A stretch of DNA of 64,000 bases from Nitrospirota bacterium (GTDB lineage Bacteria; Nitrospirota; Nitrospiria; Nitrospirales; Nitrospiraceae). Under the pieces are notes generated by a model, which did not search any database, was not told where the DNA came from, and worked only from the letters and a program-made list of their open reading frames with translations. Position numbers and translations under genes: made by a program. Shown here in pieces: positions 50,018-59,674 of the stretch; the stretch's first letter is position 1; each line of letters opens with the position of its first letter. The DNA lies in the NCBI GenBank assembly GCA_963701855.1, contig CAVPBK010000001.1, forward strand, positions 32,001 to 96,000, given 5' to 3'.

Positions 50018-50896
50018 TCATCGAACGACGAGCACGGCGCAGTCAGCGTGCTGCACCACCCGCGTTGACACGCTCCCGAGGAGAAACCGGTCAATGGCGG
50101 CCAGCCCCTTGGCTCCCATCACAATCAGATCGGCATGCTGTTGAGAGGCCACTTTCATAATCTTTTCAGCGGGATTACCAAGCCGACATAGAGGTTCAGC
50201 CGTAAATCCTGCCTCGATCAGTTTCTGCGCGCTCTGTTCAACCAACCTATGGCCTACCTCCTTTACCTTCAGTCCCCGATACTTGGTCCAGGGTATTGTC
50301 GTTCCGATATCGATGGGGGCCAAAGGGTGAGGTGCTATGACATGGATCACGCTTACATGAATCGGCACGTGCCTGCCCTTGCCGGTCGAGCGATCCGGCT
50401 GAAGCTTGGTCAGCACAAACGCCAGGGCTTTGGTCGAGGCGGGCGACCCATCGGTCGCCAAGGCAATTCGCCGCAATGGGACCGCCTCGCCCTTGACGAC
50501 GAGCACAGGACAGGTTGCGTGCTGGATGAGTTTCGTCGATACGCTGCCGAGCGTAAAGCGGTCTAGGGCGTCGAGGCCCTGACTGCCCACCACCAGAAGC
50601 CCGCTCCGTTTCGGCGTGCGTTTCAAGATCGTCGGCGCAATCGCCCCTTGCTCCTTGCGGGCCGTGCCCGTGAGTTTCAGCGACCTCAACTGCTTGGTGA
50701 CTTTCTTAAGAGTTCTTGCCGCGCTCGCTTTCACGCGCTGAGTCTCTAACTTCGTCCAAAACGGCAAACGTAGCTTGGTGTTATCGAGCACGTGCAGCGC
50801 CGTCACATTCGGCAGCTCGACGAGCGGCAGCTTGGCCACCCAGTTTAGTGCCCATCGTCCATACTTCGATCCATCCGTCGCCACAAGCACATTCAT
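50018..50896 (-). CDS. Tandem-domain universal stress protein, copy 2
   Basis: Close paralog of 49007-49870. ATGA overlap with pfp. Confidence 0.92.
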   Translation of the reverse strand: MNVLVATDGSKYGRWALNWVAKLPLVELPNVTALHVLDNTKLRLPFWTKLETQRVKASAARTLKKVTKQLRSLKLTGTARKEQGAIAPTILKRTPKRSGLLVVGSQGLDALDRFTLGSVSTKLIQHATCPVLVVKGEAVPLRRIALATDGSPASTKALAFVLTKLQPDRSTGKGRHVPIHVSVIHVIAPHPLAPIDIGTTIPWTKYRGLKVKEVGHRLVEQSAQKLIEAGFTAEPLCRLGNPAEKIMKVASQQHADLIVMGAKGLAAIDRFLLGSVSTRVVQHADCAVLVVR

Positions 50897-52179
50897 GATG
50901 CGCCTCTTTTCGATTGAGTATCCAACAGGCCCGAGACAACAGGCTGAAACCGAGCCTGAAATGCCTCAGGCGACAGCCCCGCTATTGTCGCGTAGCGGCC
51001 GAGTGCCACCGGATCCTTGAGATCCTCGTCGGACAGCCGAATCATGTACTGACGCGCAATCTGGTACGACTGCGCCGTGATATCCACCATCCGCACCTTC
51101 GCCCGGCCGCTGACGGGGTCCACCATCTGCTTGAAAGAAATCGGTGTAAACCGTCCATTTTGGATCGATACCATGGCCGCCGTACCTTCATCGAGAAGAA
51201 ACTGCGCCGCACAATAGCCAAGATCGCGAGTGTATTCCATATCGAACGGAATCGGGTCCGCACAGCGTAATTCATAACCCACATTCTTACTGACGATTGA
51301 CGCAGCAAGTCCCAAGGCTTTCATGCCTTTCGTGACTTCACGCCGGAGCACATCGCCGATATCCACGTCTGCTAAACGCAGATGGCCATGCTCATCCCGC
51401 TCGACGTGGTCCAATCCACCCAGATCTCGCGGGTCAAGAATCTCGATCAGTCCTTCCGCCAACACCACCACCCCGTCGGAACGTTCTCCGCTGAGCCGCT
51501 TGATCATCGTCCCAATCACGAGATCTACCACGCGCTGAAGTCTCACGGGCCGCTCCCGAAATTCCTCAGGAATGACGGTGAGGGTGGCGCCGGCGGCTTT
51601 GCCGACTCCGAGCGCCAAATGGCCGGCTTTGCGTCCCATAGTGACGACGAAGTACCAGCGCGCCGTGGTGTGGGCGTCCACCATGAGATTCTTGACGATC
51701 TCGACGGCGACATGCCGGGCCGTTTGAAAACCGAACGTTGGAATACCGTGCGGAAGATCCAGATCGTTATCGATCGTCTTCGGCACATGCACGACTTGAA
51801 TGCGCCCGGCCGCCTGTTCTTCCAGTTTGAGCGATGAGAAGGCCGTATCGTCTCCGCCGATGGTTACCAGGCGCGTGATGCCCAGACTCATCAAGGAGGA
51901 GAGGACGATGGAAAGAGACTCAGGCTTCTTCGTCGGATTCGCCCGCGAGGTACCAAGGCACGATCCGCCTCGGTAGTGAATGCGACTGACTTCTTCAATG
52001 GAAAGAGGACGGACATGACTCGTACTCCCTTCCATCAGCCATTTAAATCCGTCGATGATACCAGTGACGTCGTAGCCGCCGAGGATACTGCGGATCGTGA
52101 CCGCGCTGATGACACTATTGATCCCCGGCGCTGGCCCGCCCCCGACTAGAATACCGACGGTTGTGCGCGAAGAATTCAT
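50893..52179 (-). CDS. pfp: Pyrophosphate-dependent phosphofructokinase
   Basis: GGGPAPGIN, GGDDT and PKTIDND (PPi-type Asp/Lys), MGRKAGHL, GYELRC. Confidence 0.92.
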   Translation of the reverse strand: MNSSRTTVGILVGGGPAPGINSVISAVTIRSILGGYDVTGIIDGFKWLMEGSTSHVRPLSIEEVSRIHYRGGSCLGTSRANPTKKPESLSIVLSSLMSLGITRLVTIGGDDTAFSSLKLEEQAAGRIQVVHVPKTIDNDLDLPHGIPTFGFQTARHVAVEIVKNLMVDAHTTARWYFVVTMGRKAGHLALGVGKAAGATLTVIPEEFRERPVRLQRVVDLVIGTMIKRLSGERSDGVVVLAEGLIEILDPRDLGGLDHVERDEHGHLRLADVDIGDVLRREVTKGMKALGLAASIVSKNVGYELRCADPIPFDMEYTRDLGYCAAQFLLDEGTAAMVSIQNGRFTPISFKQMVDPVSGRAKVRMVDITAQSYQIARQYMIRLSDEDLKDPVALGRYATIAGLSPEAFQARFQPVVSGLLDTQSKRGAS

Positions 52180-52201
52180 GATGCGAGAACTCCTTTTGAT
52201 G

Positions 52202-53023
52202 CTAATCCGAGTTTCTCAAATACACTGACCAATAGACCAGGGCCACTAGGATTGTCCCGCCAAGAACGTTACCCATCGTCACCAGCGCGAGATTGCTCAA
52301 GGCGCCGAGTACTGAAAGCGGGGCTGATCCACCGGCTGCCAGCGCAATGCCGACCGGAAGAAAATACATGTTGGCGACGGAATGTTCAAACCCGCAGGCG
52401 ATGAACGCGGTGATCGGAAATACGATGGCGAGAATCTTATCGGTCACGCTCCGCGCTCCCATGCACAACCAGACTGCCAAACAGACCAGCACGTTGCAGA
52501 GGATGCCACGGGCCACCGCCGAGACCGGATCGAGCGCGATCTTGCTGCGCGCGATCTGGACCATCGTCTCCCCGACTGCGCCATGGCCCATGCTTTGTAT
52601 GCCGGCCAGCCATACTAAAGCCGCTGTTCCAACCGCTCCAACCAAGTTGCCGAGATAGACCCATCCCCAGTTCCTCATGATTTGTTGTGTCGTCACCCGG
52701 CCGGAGGCCCAAGCCATGGCAATCAGGTTATTGCCGGTAAAGAGTTCCGCTCCGCCCACCACCACCAGAATGAGCCCTAAACTAAATGTGACGCCCCCTG
52801 CGAGGCGGAGGAGCCCGAAGGGGACCGTAGCCTCATTCCCAGTGGTCACGGTGACCGTGTAAAACAACGCGCCCAGCGCAATAAAGGCCCCAGCCAAGAC
52901 GGCCAGGGCGAACATAGTCAGGACCGGCAGCGCAGCTTTTGTGACGCCGACTTCACGCACCCGCATGGCGATCTGCGCAGGAGCGTAGGCATCGAGCAGA
53001 CTGTTGGTTGCGCTCTGTTCCAT
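52202..53023 (-). CDS. Formate/nitrite transporter (FocA/FdhC-like)
   Basis: AELFTGN, GILCNVLVCLAVW, GFEHSVANM. Adjacent to formate dehydrogenase. Confidence 0.93.
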   Translation of the reverse strand: MEQSATNSLLDAYAPAQIAMRVREVGVTKAALPVLTMFALAVLAGAFIALGALFYTVTVTTGNEATVPFGLLRLAGGVTFSLGLILVVVGGAELFTGNNLIAMAWASGRVTTQQIMRNWGWVYLGNLVGAVGTAALVWLAGIQSMGHGAVGETMVQIARSKIALDPVSAVARGILCNVLVCLAVWLCMGARSVTDKILAIVFPITAFIACGFEHSVANMYFLPVGIALAAGGSAPLSVLGALSNLALVTMGNVLGGTILVALVYWSVYLRNSD

Positions 53024-53069
53024 ATCTCGCTAGGAACCTGTCTGACATTGCCTTCGTTCGGACAGGCTC

Positions 53070-55820
53070 CTATAGAATCAGCTGGCGTCGCATGTGCCGC
53101 AGTTCCGCTTCATCTTCCGGATCAAGTTCATCCCGTTCGATCGGTTCCACGCGCACAGTAGATACCTTGTACTCCGGGCACTTTGAACTTTCATCCGCAC
53201 TCGACGAGAGCAATGCGTTCACCGTTGAAGCAGGGAAATGAAAGCTGGTGAAAAGATGCCCTGGCAGGACTCGTTCACTCCCCACGACAGGAAGCAAGGC
53301 CTCGCCGCGAGCACTCACCACACGAACGATCTCACCGTCACGGAGATACAGCCCTTCCATATCGGCCGGATGCATTTCCAGCACATCTGTATCGACCAAC
53401 TCGAGAATGTCTGTCCGGCGTGTTTGGGCTCCGCAGTTGTAATGTTGGAGAATGCGTCCAGTAGTCAGCACGAACGGATACTCCTTGCTCGCAGCTTCTC
53501 CCGGCGGCAAGTACTCGACGCCGACAAAGTGCGCCTTCCCCTTTGGAAATGTCTCCTGATGCATCAGCGACGTGCCTTCATGCACGGCAGTCGGCACTGG
53601 CCACTGTAACCCGGCATGTTGGTCGAGCCGGTCGTAGGACACACCGGCAAACATCGGCGTGAGCCTCGCAATCTCGTCCATGATCTCCGAGGGATGCTGA
53701 TAGGGCATGGGATAGCCCATCCGATTTGAGACTTCGCAAACCACACGCCAATCCGGAAGAATCCCGTGAGGCGGCTCCACCGCCTTCCTGATCCGCTGAA
53801 TACGACGCTCAAGATTGGTAAAGGTGCCGTCCTTTTCTAGAAACGATGCGCCAGGCAATATCAAATGTGCGAACTTGGCGGTCTCGCTGAGAAACAGGTC
53901 TTGCACCACCAGAAATTCCACCCGCCTCAACGCCTCGTGCACTTTCTTCAAATTCGGGTCGGTCTGCGCCACGTCATACCCGATGATCCAGAGGCCCTTG
54001 AGCCGGCCCGCAATCGCCGCGTCCCACATATCGGGGGTTTTCATGCCGCGCTTCGTGGGCAACGGACGGCCGGTGACGGTCTGATGCAGCAATGCCAGTT
54101 TCGGATCGTCCAAATTCTGGTAGCCGGCGAAGTAGGTCGGGAGGCAACCCATATCAGAAGCCCCCTGCACATTGTTTTGTCCACGCAAGGGATTGATGCC
54201 GGTACCAGGCTTTCCGATGTTGCCGGTGGCCAGGGCGAGGTTACAGAGCGCGATGACCCCATGGCTGCCCCAGCGATGTTCCGTCACGCCGAGACCATGT
54301 ACGCAGAGCGACGCTCTGCTGCTCCCATAGCGCCGAGCCGCTTGATAGATGAGATGGGCCGGCACACCGGTGATGGCTTCAGCAGCTTCCGGCGTACAGT
54401 CCGAGACGGTCTTGAGCCAGTCCTCGACGCCCTCGGTTCTGGCCTCGATGAAAGCCTGATCGAAGAGCCTTTCCTTGGCAAGGACGTAGCCCATCGCATT
54501 CAGCAACGCGACATTGGTGCCGGGCCGCAGTTGCAGATGCAGATCGGCCAGCCGCGCCAGTTCCGTGCGCCTGGGATCGATGACGATCAAGGGCACCCCT
54601 CGCCGATGTGCCTGCTTGATCCTAGCCCCGACCACGGGATGGGACTCCGTCGGGTTCGCTCCCACCACCATAATCAGATGGGCCAGATTGAGATCCTGAA
54701 TGGAATTAGTTGCAGCAGATGCTCCCAATGTTTCCATCATGCCAGTGACGGTCGCGCTGTGGCAGACACGGGCGCAGTTGTCGATGTGGTTCGTCCCGAT
54801 CACGCAACGCATGAATTTGCCGAATAGATAATTTTCTTCGTTCGTGCCCCGGCTGGATGAAATAGTCGCGAGGGCATCCGGACCATGCGCGTTCTTGATG
54901 CGCATGAACTCCTGCGCGACCCTGTCCAATGCCGATTCCCAGGAAATCTCTTCCCAGTCGTTGCCGCGTCGAAGCAGCGGGGCACGCAGCCGATCAGGTG
55001 CATCGTTATAAGTCCAGCCGAACCGTCCCTTCATGCAGGCATGGCCCTGATTCGAAGGCCCATCATCTGCCGGAAGCATCTGAACCACTCGTCCATCCCG
55101 CACACCCGCATCGAACGCACAGCCCACGCCACAATAGGCGCAGGTCGTGCGCACAGTTCTGGTCGGTGCGCCCTGTACCAGCACTGTTTTCTCCGTGAGC
55201 GCGCCGGTCGGACATTCCTTCACGCAAGCGCCGCACGAGACACAGTTGGATGAGGCAAACGCCGCAGCATCACCCATTAAGAAGGTCCCGCCTCCTGCTG
55301 CCGGCCTGGCTTCAAATCCCCGTCCAAACATCGTCAGGGCATGCGTGCCCTGGATTTCATCGCAGGCCCGCACACAGCGCGCGCAGGAAATGCAGGCGGC
55401 GTTATCGAAGGTGAAGAATGGATTCGAGTCGTCGCGCACAGCGGCGCGTTTCATGTGCGCCCCATCGGAATACCGAACTCTATTGACGCCGCATGCGAGC
55501 GCCAGTTCGCGCAATGGCCCCAAGCTCTCCCTGCCTTCAGGTTGTTCAGACATATACAGTTCGACGATATTGTGGCGATGCCGCCTAAGCCGATCGCTCT
55601 CGGTGCGGACGACCATATCGGGTCTGACCGGAGTCGTACAGGAGGCAGGAGTCCCAGACTGCCCTTCAATTTCACAGACACAGAGACGGCACGAGCCAAA
55701 GGGGGCAAGTTGATGCGAGATGCAGAGGCTGGGTATCGAAATCCTGGCCTTCTTCGCCGCCTGGTAAATCGTATCGCCTGGTTCCGCTGCCACAGTCTTG
55801 CCATTGATATTGAGTTGCAT
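53070..55820 (-). CDS. fdsA: NAD-dependent formate dehydrogenase alpha subunit (Cys-type)
   Basis: N-terminal 2Fe-2S and 4Fe-4S motifs, CAYCGVGC, CMKGRFG, CARVCH active site, LRGQNNVQG, PEYK. ATG 55820. Confidence 0.93.
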   Translation of the reverse strand: MQLNINGKTVAAEPGDTIYQAAKKARISIPSLCISHQLAPFGSCRLCVCEIEGQSGTPASCTTPVRPDMVVRTESDRLRRHRHNIVELYMSEQPEGRESLGPLRELALACGVNRVRYSDGAHMKRAAVRDDSNPFFTFDNAACISCARCVRACDEIQGTHALTMFGRGFEARPAAGGGTFLMGDAAAFASSNCVSCGACVKECPTGALTEKTVLVQGAPTRTVRTTCAYCGVGCAFDAGVRDGRVVQMLPADDGPSNQGHACMKGRFGWTYNDAPDRLRAPLLRRGNDWEEISWESALDRVAQEFMRIKNAHGPDALATISSSRGTNEENYLFGKFMRCVIGTNHIDNCARVCHSATVTGMMETLGASAATNSIQDLNLAHLIMVVGANPTESHPVVGARIKQAHRRGVPLIVIDPRRTELARLADLHLQLRPGTNVALLNAMGYVLAKERLFDQAFIEARTEGVEDWLKTVSDCTPEAAEAITGVPAHLIYQAARRYGSSRASLCVHGLGVTEHRWGSHGVIALCNLALATGNIGKPGTGINPLRGQNNVQGASDMGCLPTYFAGYQNLDDPKLALLHQTVTGRPLPTKRGMKTPDMWDAAIAGRLKGLWIIGYDVAQTDPNLKKVHEALRRVEFLVVQDLFLSETAKFAHLILPGASFLEKDGTFTNLERRIQRIRKAVEPPHGILPDWRVVCEVSNRMGYPMPYQHPSEIMDEIARLTPMFAGVSYDRLDQHAGLQWPVPTAVHEGTSLMHQETFPKGKAHFVGVEYLPPGEAASKEYPFVLTTGRILQHYNCGAQTRRTDILELVDTDVLEMHPADMEGLYLRDGEIVRVVSARGEALLPVVGSERVLPGHLFTSFHFPASTVNALLSSSADESSKCPEYKVSTVRVEPIERDELDPEDEAELRHMRRQLIL

Positions 55821-55912
55821 CGTTTTCTCTCTACGGTCTTTCAGGCTGAAAGTCGTCAAGTCTTCAAGTCGTAAGACCTTACCGCTTTTGAGACCTGATG
55901 ACATTCAGACTT

Positions 55913-57406
55913 TTAGACTTTCTGACGCCCCTTGAATTCATTCGGGAAATGTTCAATCGCCGTCAGCACCGGATATGGAGCACGCCCCCCTAACGCGCAG
56001 AGGCTGGTCGCTTTCATGGTCTCTCCAAGATCAGACAAGAGAAGGAGATCCTCCGCTGATCCCTGACCGCTCTGAATCCGTTCAAGAATTTCGCGCCCGC
56101 GCACTGATCCAATCCGGCAGGGTGTACATTTTCCACAAGACTCATCCGCGGTGAAGGCCATGAAGTGCCGCGCCAACTCGACCATGTTCGTCTCATCATC
56201 GTAGACGACGATGCCCCCATGCCCGAGAATGGCTCCTGCCTCGGCAAATGCGTCATAGCAGATAGGGATATCGAGTTTCGATTCAGGAAACAGGCTCCCC
56301 AATGGCCCCCCAACCTGGACGGCTTTGAACCGCGAACCAGGCACCATGCCACCGCCGAATTGATCCAGCACCCGGCGCAACGTAAAACCAAAAGCGATTT
56401 CCACCAGACCAGGCTGCTTCACCCGACCACCAAGCTGCAGCGCCATCGTACCGCGCGATCCTTCAGTGCCGAGTGAGGCATGCCAGGCGCCGCCGTTTGC
56501 CAGAATGTTGGGAATCGTCGCGAACGTCAGGACGTTGCTGACGATTGTCGGTTTGCCATACAGTCCTGATTCTGCCGGGTAGGGCGGCTTCGCCAGCACG
56601 ACACCACGGCGACCCTCCAGCGATTCCAGCAAGGCTGTTTCTTCACCACAGACGTAGGAGCCGGCGCCGACCACCACCTCAAGATCGAACGGATAGTCGT
56701 CGCAGTCCAACAGGTCCGCCTCGCGCGCCTTCTGAATCGCGAACCGCATGGCCCGCACCGCCGCTGGATATTCGTACCGGCAATAGATATATCCGCGCGT
56801 CGCCCCGATCGCCCGCGCACAGATCATCATCCCTTCGATTAATCGGAAGGGATCGCCCTCCATGATCATCCGATCACAATAGGTGCCGGCGTCCCCTTCG
56901 TCGGCATTCGCCACGACATACTTATGCTCCGACCCGGTCTGCTGCGCGACCTGCCACTTTTTCCACACAGGAAACGCCGCACCCCCACGACCTCGTAATC
57001 GCGAGATGCGCACCTCTTCGACGATCGCCTCCGGCGACAGACTCTGGGCCGCTGCCAATCCCTTCAGTCCGCCACGCGTTTGATATTCATCGAGCGCAAG
57101 CGGCTCGGTGATGCCGAAGTTGGCGAAAGTGAAGCGGGTCTGTTGTTGCAGAAACGGTATCCCGGCAACCGGCGTTCCACCCACGCCGGCCACGATGCGC
57201 GGCAAGTCATTCGGCGCTACGTTGAACCAAGCCTCACGCCCGTTGTGCGTATCGCGCTCTACCATCGGTTCCAGAAAAAAAGCTCCACGCGAGGACGTGC
57301 GAATCAGTTGAATCTCAGTACGCTCGCTCCAGGCATCGGCAAGCCCTCCTGCGCCAGCCGCACAGGAGGAGGTATCGTTGGCGAGATAGCAGCGCATCGT
57401 CTTCAT
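55913..57406 (-). CDS. fdsB: Formate dehydrogenase beta subunit (NuoF-like, FMN/NADH-binding)
   Basis: LRGRGGAAFP, NADEGD, YVCGEETAL, ESCGKCTPCRIG, SLCALG. Confidence 0.92.
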   Translation of the reverse strand: MKTMRCYLANDTSSCAAGAGGLADAWSERTEIQLIRTSSRGAFFLEPMVERDTHNGREAWFNVAPNDLPRIVAGVGGTPVAGIPFLQQQTRFTFANFGITEPLALDEYQTRGGLKGLAAAQSLSPEAIVEEVRISRLRGRGGAAFPVWKKWQVAQQTGSEHKYVVANADEGDAGTYCDRMIMEGDPFRLIEGMMICARAIGATRGYIYCRYEYPAAVRAMRFAIQKAREADLLDCDDYPFDLEVVVGAGSYVCGEETALLESLEGRRGVVLAKPPYPAESGLYGKPTIVSNVLTFATIPNILANGGAWHASLGTEGSRGTMALQLGGRVKQPGLVEIAFGFTLRRVLDQFGGGMVPGSRFKAVQVGGPLGSLFPESKLDIPICYDAFAEAGAILGHGGIVVYDDETNMVELARHFMAFTADESCGKCTPCRIGSVRGREILERIQSGQGSAEDLLLLSDLGETMKATSLCALGGRAPYPVLTAIEHFPNEFKGRQKV

Positions 57407-57449
57407 CTATCGTAACTACTCAGGTACATAGGCTGAAGGCTTTTAGGGG

Positions 57450-57554
57450 TTGGGTTTCTTGCGCAACGAGAATTCATCTCTGCTTGAACCCAAGGTCATA
57501 GAAACCGAGAATGTGTTGAATGGCGTGACTCATGCTTTGCGAGATCATTTATAG
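57450..57554 (+). pseudogene. 3' remnant of a four-helix-bundle (23S rRNA IVS-type) protein gene
   Basis: LGFLRNENSSLLEPKVIETENVLNGVTHALRDHL*, with no start codon. Flanked by GGCTGAAG / CTTCAGCCTTCAGCC repeats. Confidence 0.6.
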
Positions 57555-57599
57555 ATTTCACACTTCAGCCTTCAGCCTGAACACCTGAGAAGTTACCCT

Positions 57600-58070
57600 C
57601 TATCTATAGGGTTCCAGCAGAGACGGAACGTCGGAAGGCGTCACTCGCCCACGGAGATCCTCATCGATCATCACAGTCGGCGACACCGCGCAGTTTCCCG
57701 CGCAGGACATCTGTTCCACAGTGAAACGATCTGCCTGTGCACGATCACCGACAGCTACGCGCACGTGATCTTGGATTGCACGGAGGACGCGGACGCCGTG
57801 GTTGGCCGTACAGGACTCGCCCATGCAGACTCGAATAAGGTGCCGACCAGGCGACTGAGTCCGGAGGTCCGAATAATAGGACAGGACCCCGGCAACCTGG
57901 GCATCCGTCACGCCTAACATCTGCGCAATCTGAGGAATGCCACTCGTCGGCACATGGCCCAGAGCAGACTGAACAGCCAGAAGCGTCTTGAGAATGTTCG
58001 GTTTGTCCGGCGGCACAGGGCAACAGCTTTCAAGCGTCTCAGCGAGCTTGGGCTTGTGCCGAGTTGTCAT
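57600..58070 (-). CDS. fdsG: Formate dehydrogenase gamma subunit (NuoE-like 2Fe-2S)
   Basis: GVLSYY, VCMGESC...CAGNCAVSP. Confidence 0.9.
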   Translation of the reverse strand: MTTRHKPKLAETLESCCPVPPDKPNILKTLLAVQSALGHVPTSGIPQIAQMLGVTDAQVAGVLSYYSDLRTQSPGRHLIRVCMGESCTANHGVRVLRAIQDHVRVAVGDRAQADRFTVEQMSCAGNCAVSPTVMIDEDLRGRVTPSDVPSLLEPYR

Positions 58071-58078
58071 CGAATCAC

Positions 58079-59452
58079 CTAGTCGAGTCCCACATGGGCT
58101 CTGAGCTTGTTATAGTCGAATGAAGCCTGGCCCACGCGCCTGATTCCAGGGTCGTGGCGCTCCATATCGGCAATCAAGGCAGCGACCTGCTCGCGACCGG
58201 CTGCTGAGGTTGCGACGTGACGCGGCATGTGATTCTCCAGCGACGGGCAGGCCCGTTCCGCCCACTCTAAATACAGGGTCTCTAAGAATCCTTTCAAGAG
58301 GGTTCGATCTTCCTCTGCCGAAAGCACCAACGTCAGAGGCTCTTCGACCGCCAACTCCGACTCCTTGAGTTGCCGAGGCGGTGGCGCACAGGTCTCGCCG
58401 CGGAAATGAAGAGAGAATCCGAACGTCGACGCCAGCTTGTGTTTGACGGCATCGAGCCGTTCTTGCGAGTCACACTCTACCCACAACTGGGTCGCAGTGA
58501 GGATCAGTCTTGCAACCACCGCTGATACAAGAGGGCCGGATGCCCCTCGCTGCACGAAGTGCTGCGCATCCTTCGAGGTTGAGGCTCCACCGGGTGGAGG
58601 GACCACCGTTTCACGCTCGAATCCTTCAAGGCCTGCGATCATTTCATTCACGTAACCGTACTCGCAATGATCGTATAGGGCCAAGGCATACAAATAGGGC
58701 TGCCCGCTTTCTGCCACATAGCGAATACTCCCCACGGCATCGAGGAGCGCGGCAAACCGCATGCGCGCGAAGGTCCACAGCAACACATGTCCATAGCGCT
58801 TGGCGAACTCCGGCCAATCTCCGAGTTCGAAGGACCCCGCGGAAATTTCCACCTGCCGCCGATAGTCGAGTGTGGCGTTCAGCAGGCCCTTCCCGTCCTC
58901 ATTGGATAACAAAATCGCGGCGCCGGCGATCACCGCCCGCTCCCACTCCACATCGCCAGGCTCGCGGATCAGCCTCGTGAGAAGCACCTGTCCCGGTTGC
59001 AGTCCCTTGCGGAACGCTCCGTCCGGCACACGATAGACCCGCGCATTTCCTACCGAGCGGAAGACCAGGCGCTGGTCCTGTTCGTCGATCGACAGGAATT
59101 CGGCCAGATCGAGATAGGAATGTTTCAGCGGATCCAACCACTCTCGCTCTTCTTGTGGAATATGTTCCGTGATGACATCGCGCAACTGCTCGATCAACGT
59201 CAGTTGCCCGTTCTGCGGGTAGAAGTCGGCGTAAAGTAAAAGGTTGGCTAATTCCGTTTCCTGCGGCATCGGGAACAACAGCGCCCCTCCCCCGCCCTCA
59301 AAATAGGGCTGGAGGGCAAGCTGCCGTGCGATCTGCCGCTGGACAGCCACCCCCGGCTCCAACGAAAGGGATTCCAATCGAGCGAGCAACGCGTCGAGCG
59401 AAGGGACAAGAGGCACCCAGAGGCCGGCTGTCGTTTCACTCGCGAGCTTCAT
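58079..59452 (-). CDS. Conserved hypothetical protein
   Basis: 457-aa ORF in the operon, overlapping the upstream gene. C-terminus W...CPSLENHMPR...GREQVAALI. Confidence 0.7.
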   Translation of the reverse strand: MKLASETTAGLWVPLVPSLDALLARLESLSLEPGVAVQRQIARQLALQPYFEGGGGALLFPMPQETELANLLLYADFYPQNGQLTLIEQLRDVITEHIPQEEREWLDPLKHSYLDLAEFLSIDEQDQRLVFRSVGNARVYRVPDGAFRKGLQPGQVLLTRLIREPGDVEWERAVIAGAAILLSNEDGKGLLNATLDYRRQVEISAGSFELGDWPEFAKRYGHVLLWTFARMRFAALLDAVGSIRYVAESGQPYLYALALYDHCEYGYVNEMIAGLEGFERETVVPPPGGASTSKDAQHFVQRGASGPLVSAVVARLILTATQLWVECDSQERLDAVKHKLASTFGFSLHFRGETCAPPPRQLKESELAVEEPLTLVLSAEEDRTLLKGFLETLYLEWAERACPSLENHMPRHVATSAAGREQVAALIADMERHDPGIRRVGQASFDYNKLRAHVGLD

Positions 59453-59657
59453 GAATTTCTTCCATCACGATGGCTTCAGCATCGAGCCAGTCCTCGAAAT
59501 CGTGTCCGTCTCGATATCCTCGATCTTGCCATAATTCGAACGCCTTCTTCGAAATCCGTTCCCGCATGCCATTCGGCAGCTTGATAGATTGCGGCGATGC
59601 CGCCAAGGGCGAACGCATCGAGGGTTTCTTCTTCACTGTGAGTTTTGTTGCACTCAT
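59436..59657 (-). CDS. DUF2934 domain protein
   Basis: RISKKAFELWQDRG..DGHDFEDWLDAE. RBS AAGGAG. Confidence 0.88.
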   Translation of the reverse strand: MSATKLTVKKKPSMRSPLAASPQSIKLPNGMRERISKKAFELWQDRGYRDGHDFEDWLDAEAIVMEEIHEARE

Positions 59658-59674
59658 GATCACCCACTCCTTGG

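Noticed and set aside
54750..54790. Selenocysteine in formate dehydrogenase
   Set aside because: The active site reads CARVCH with a Cys codon and there is no in-frame TGA.
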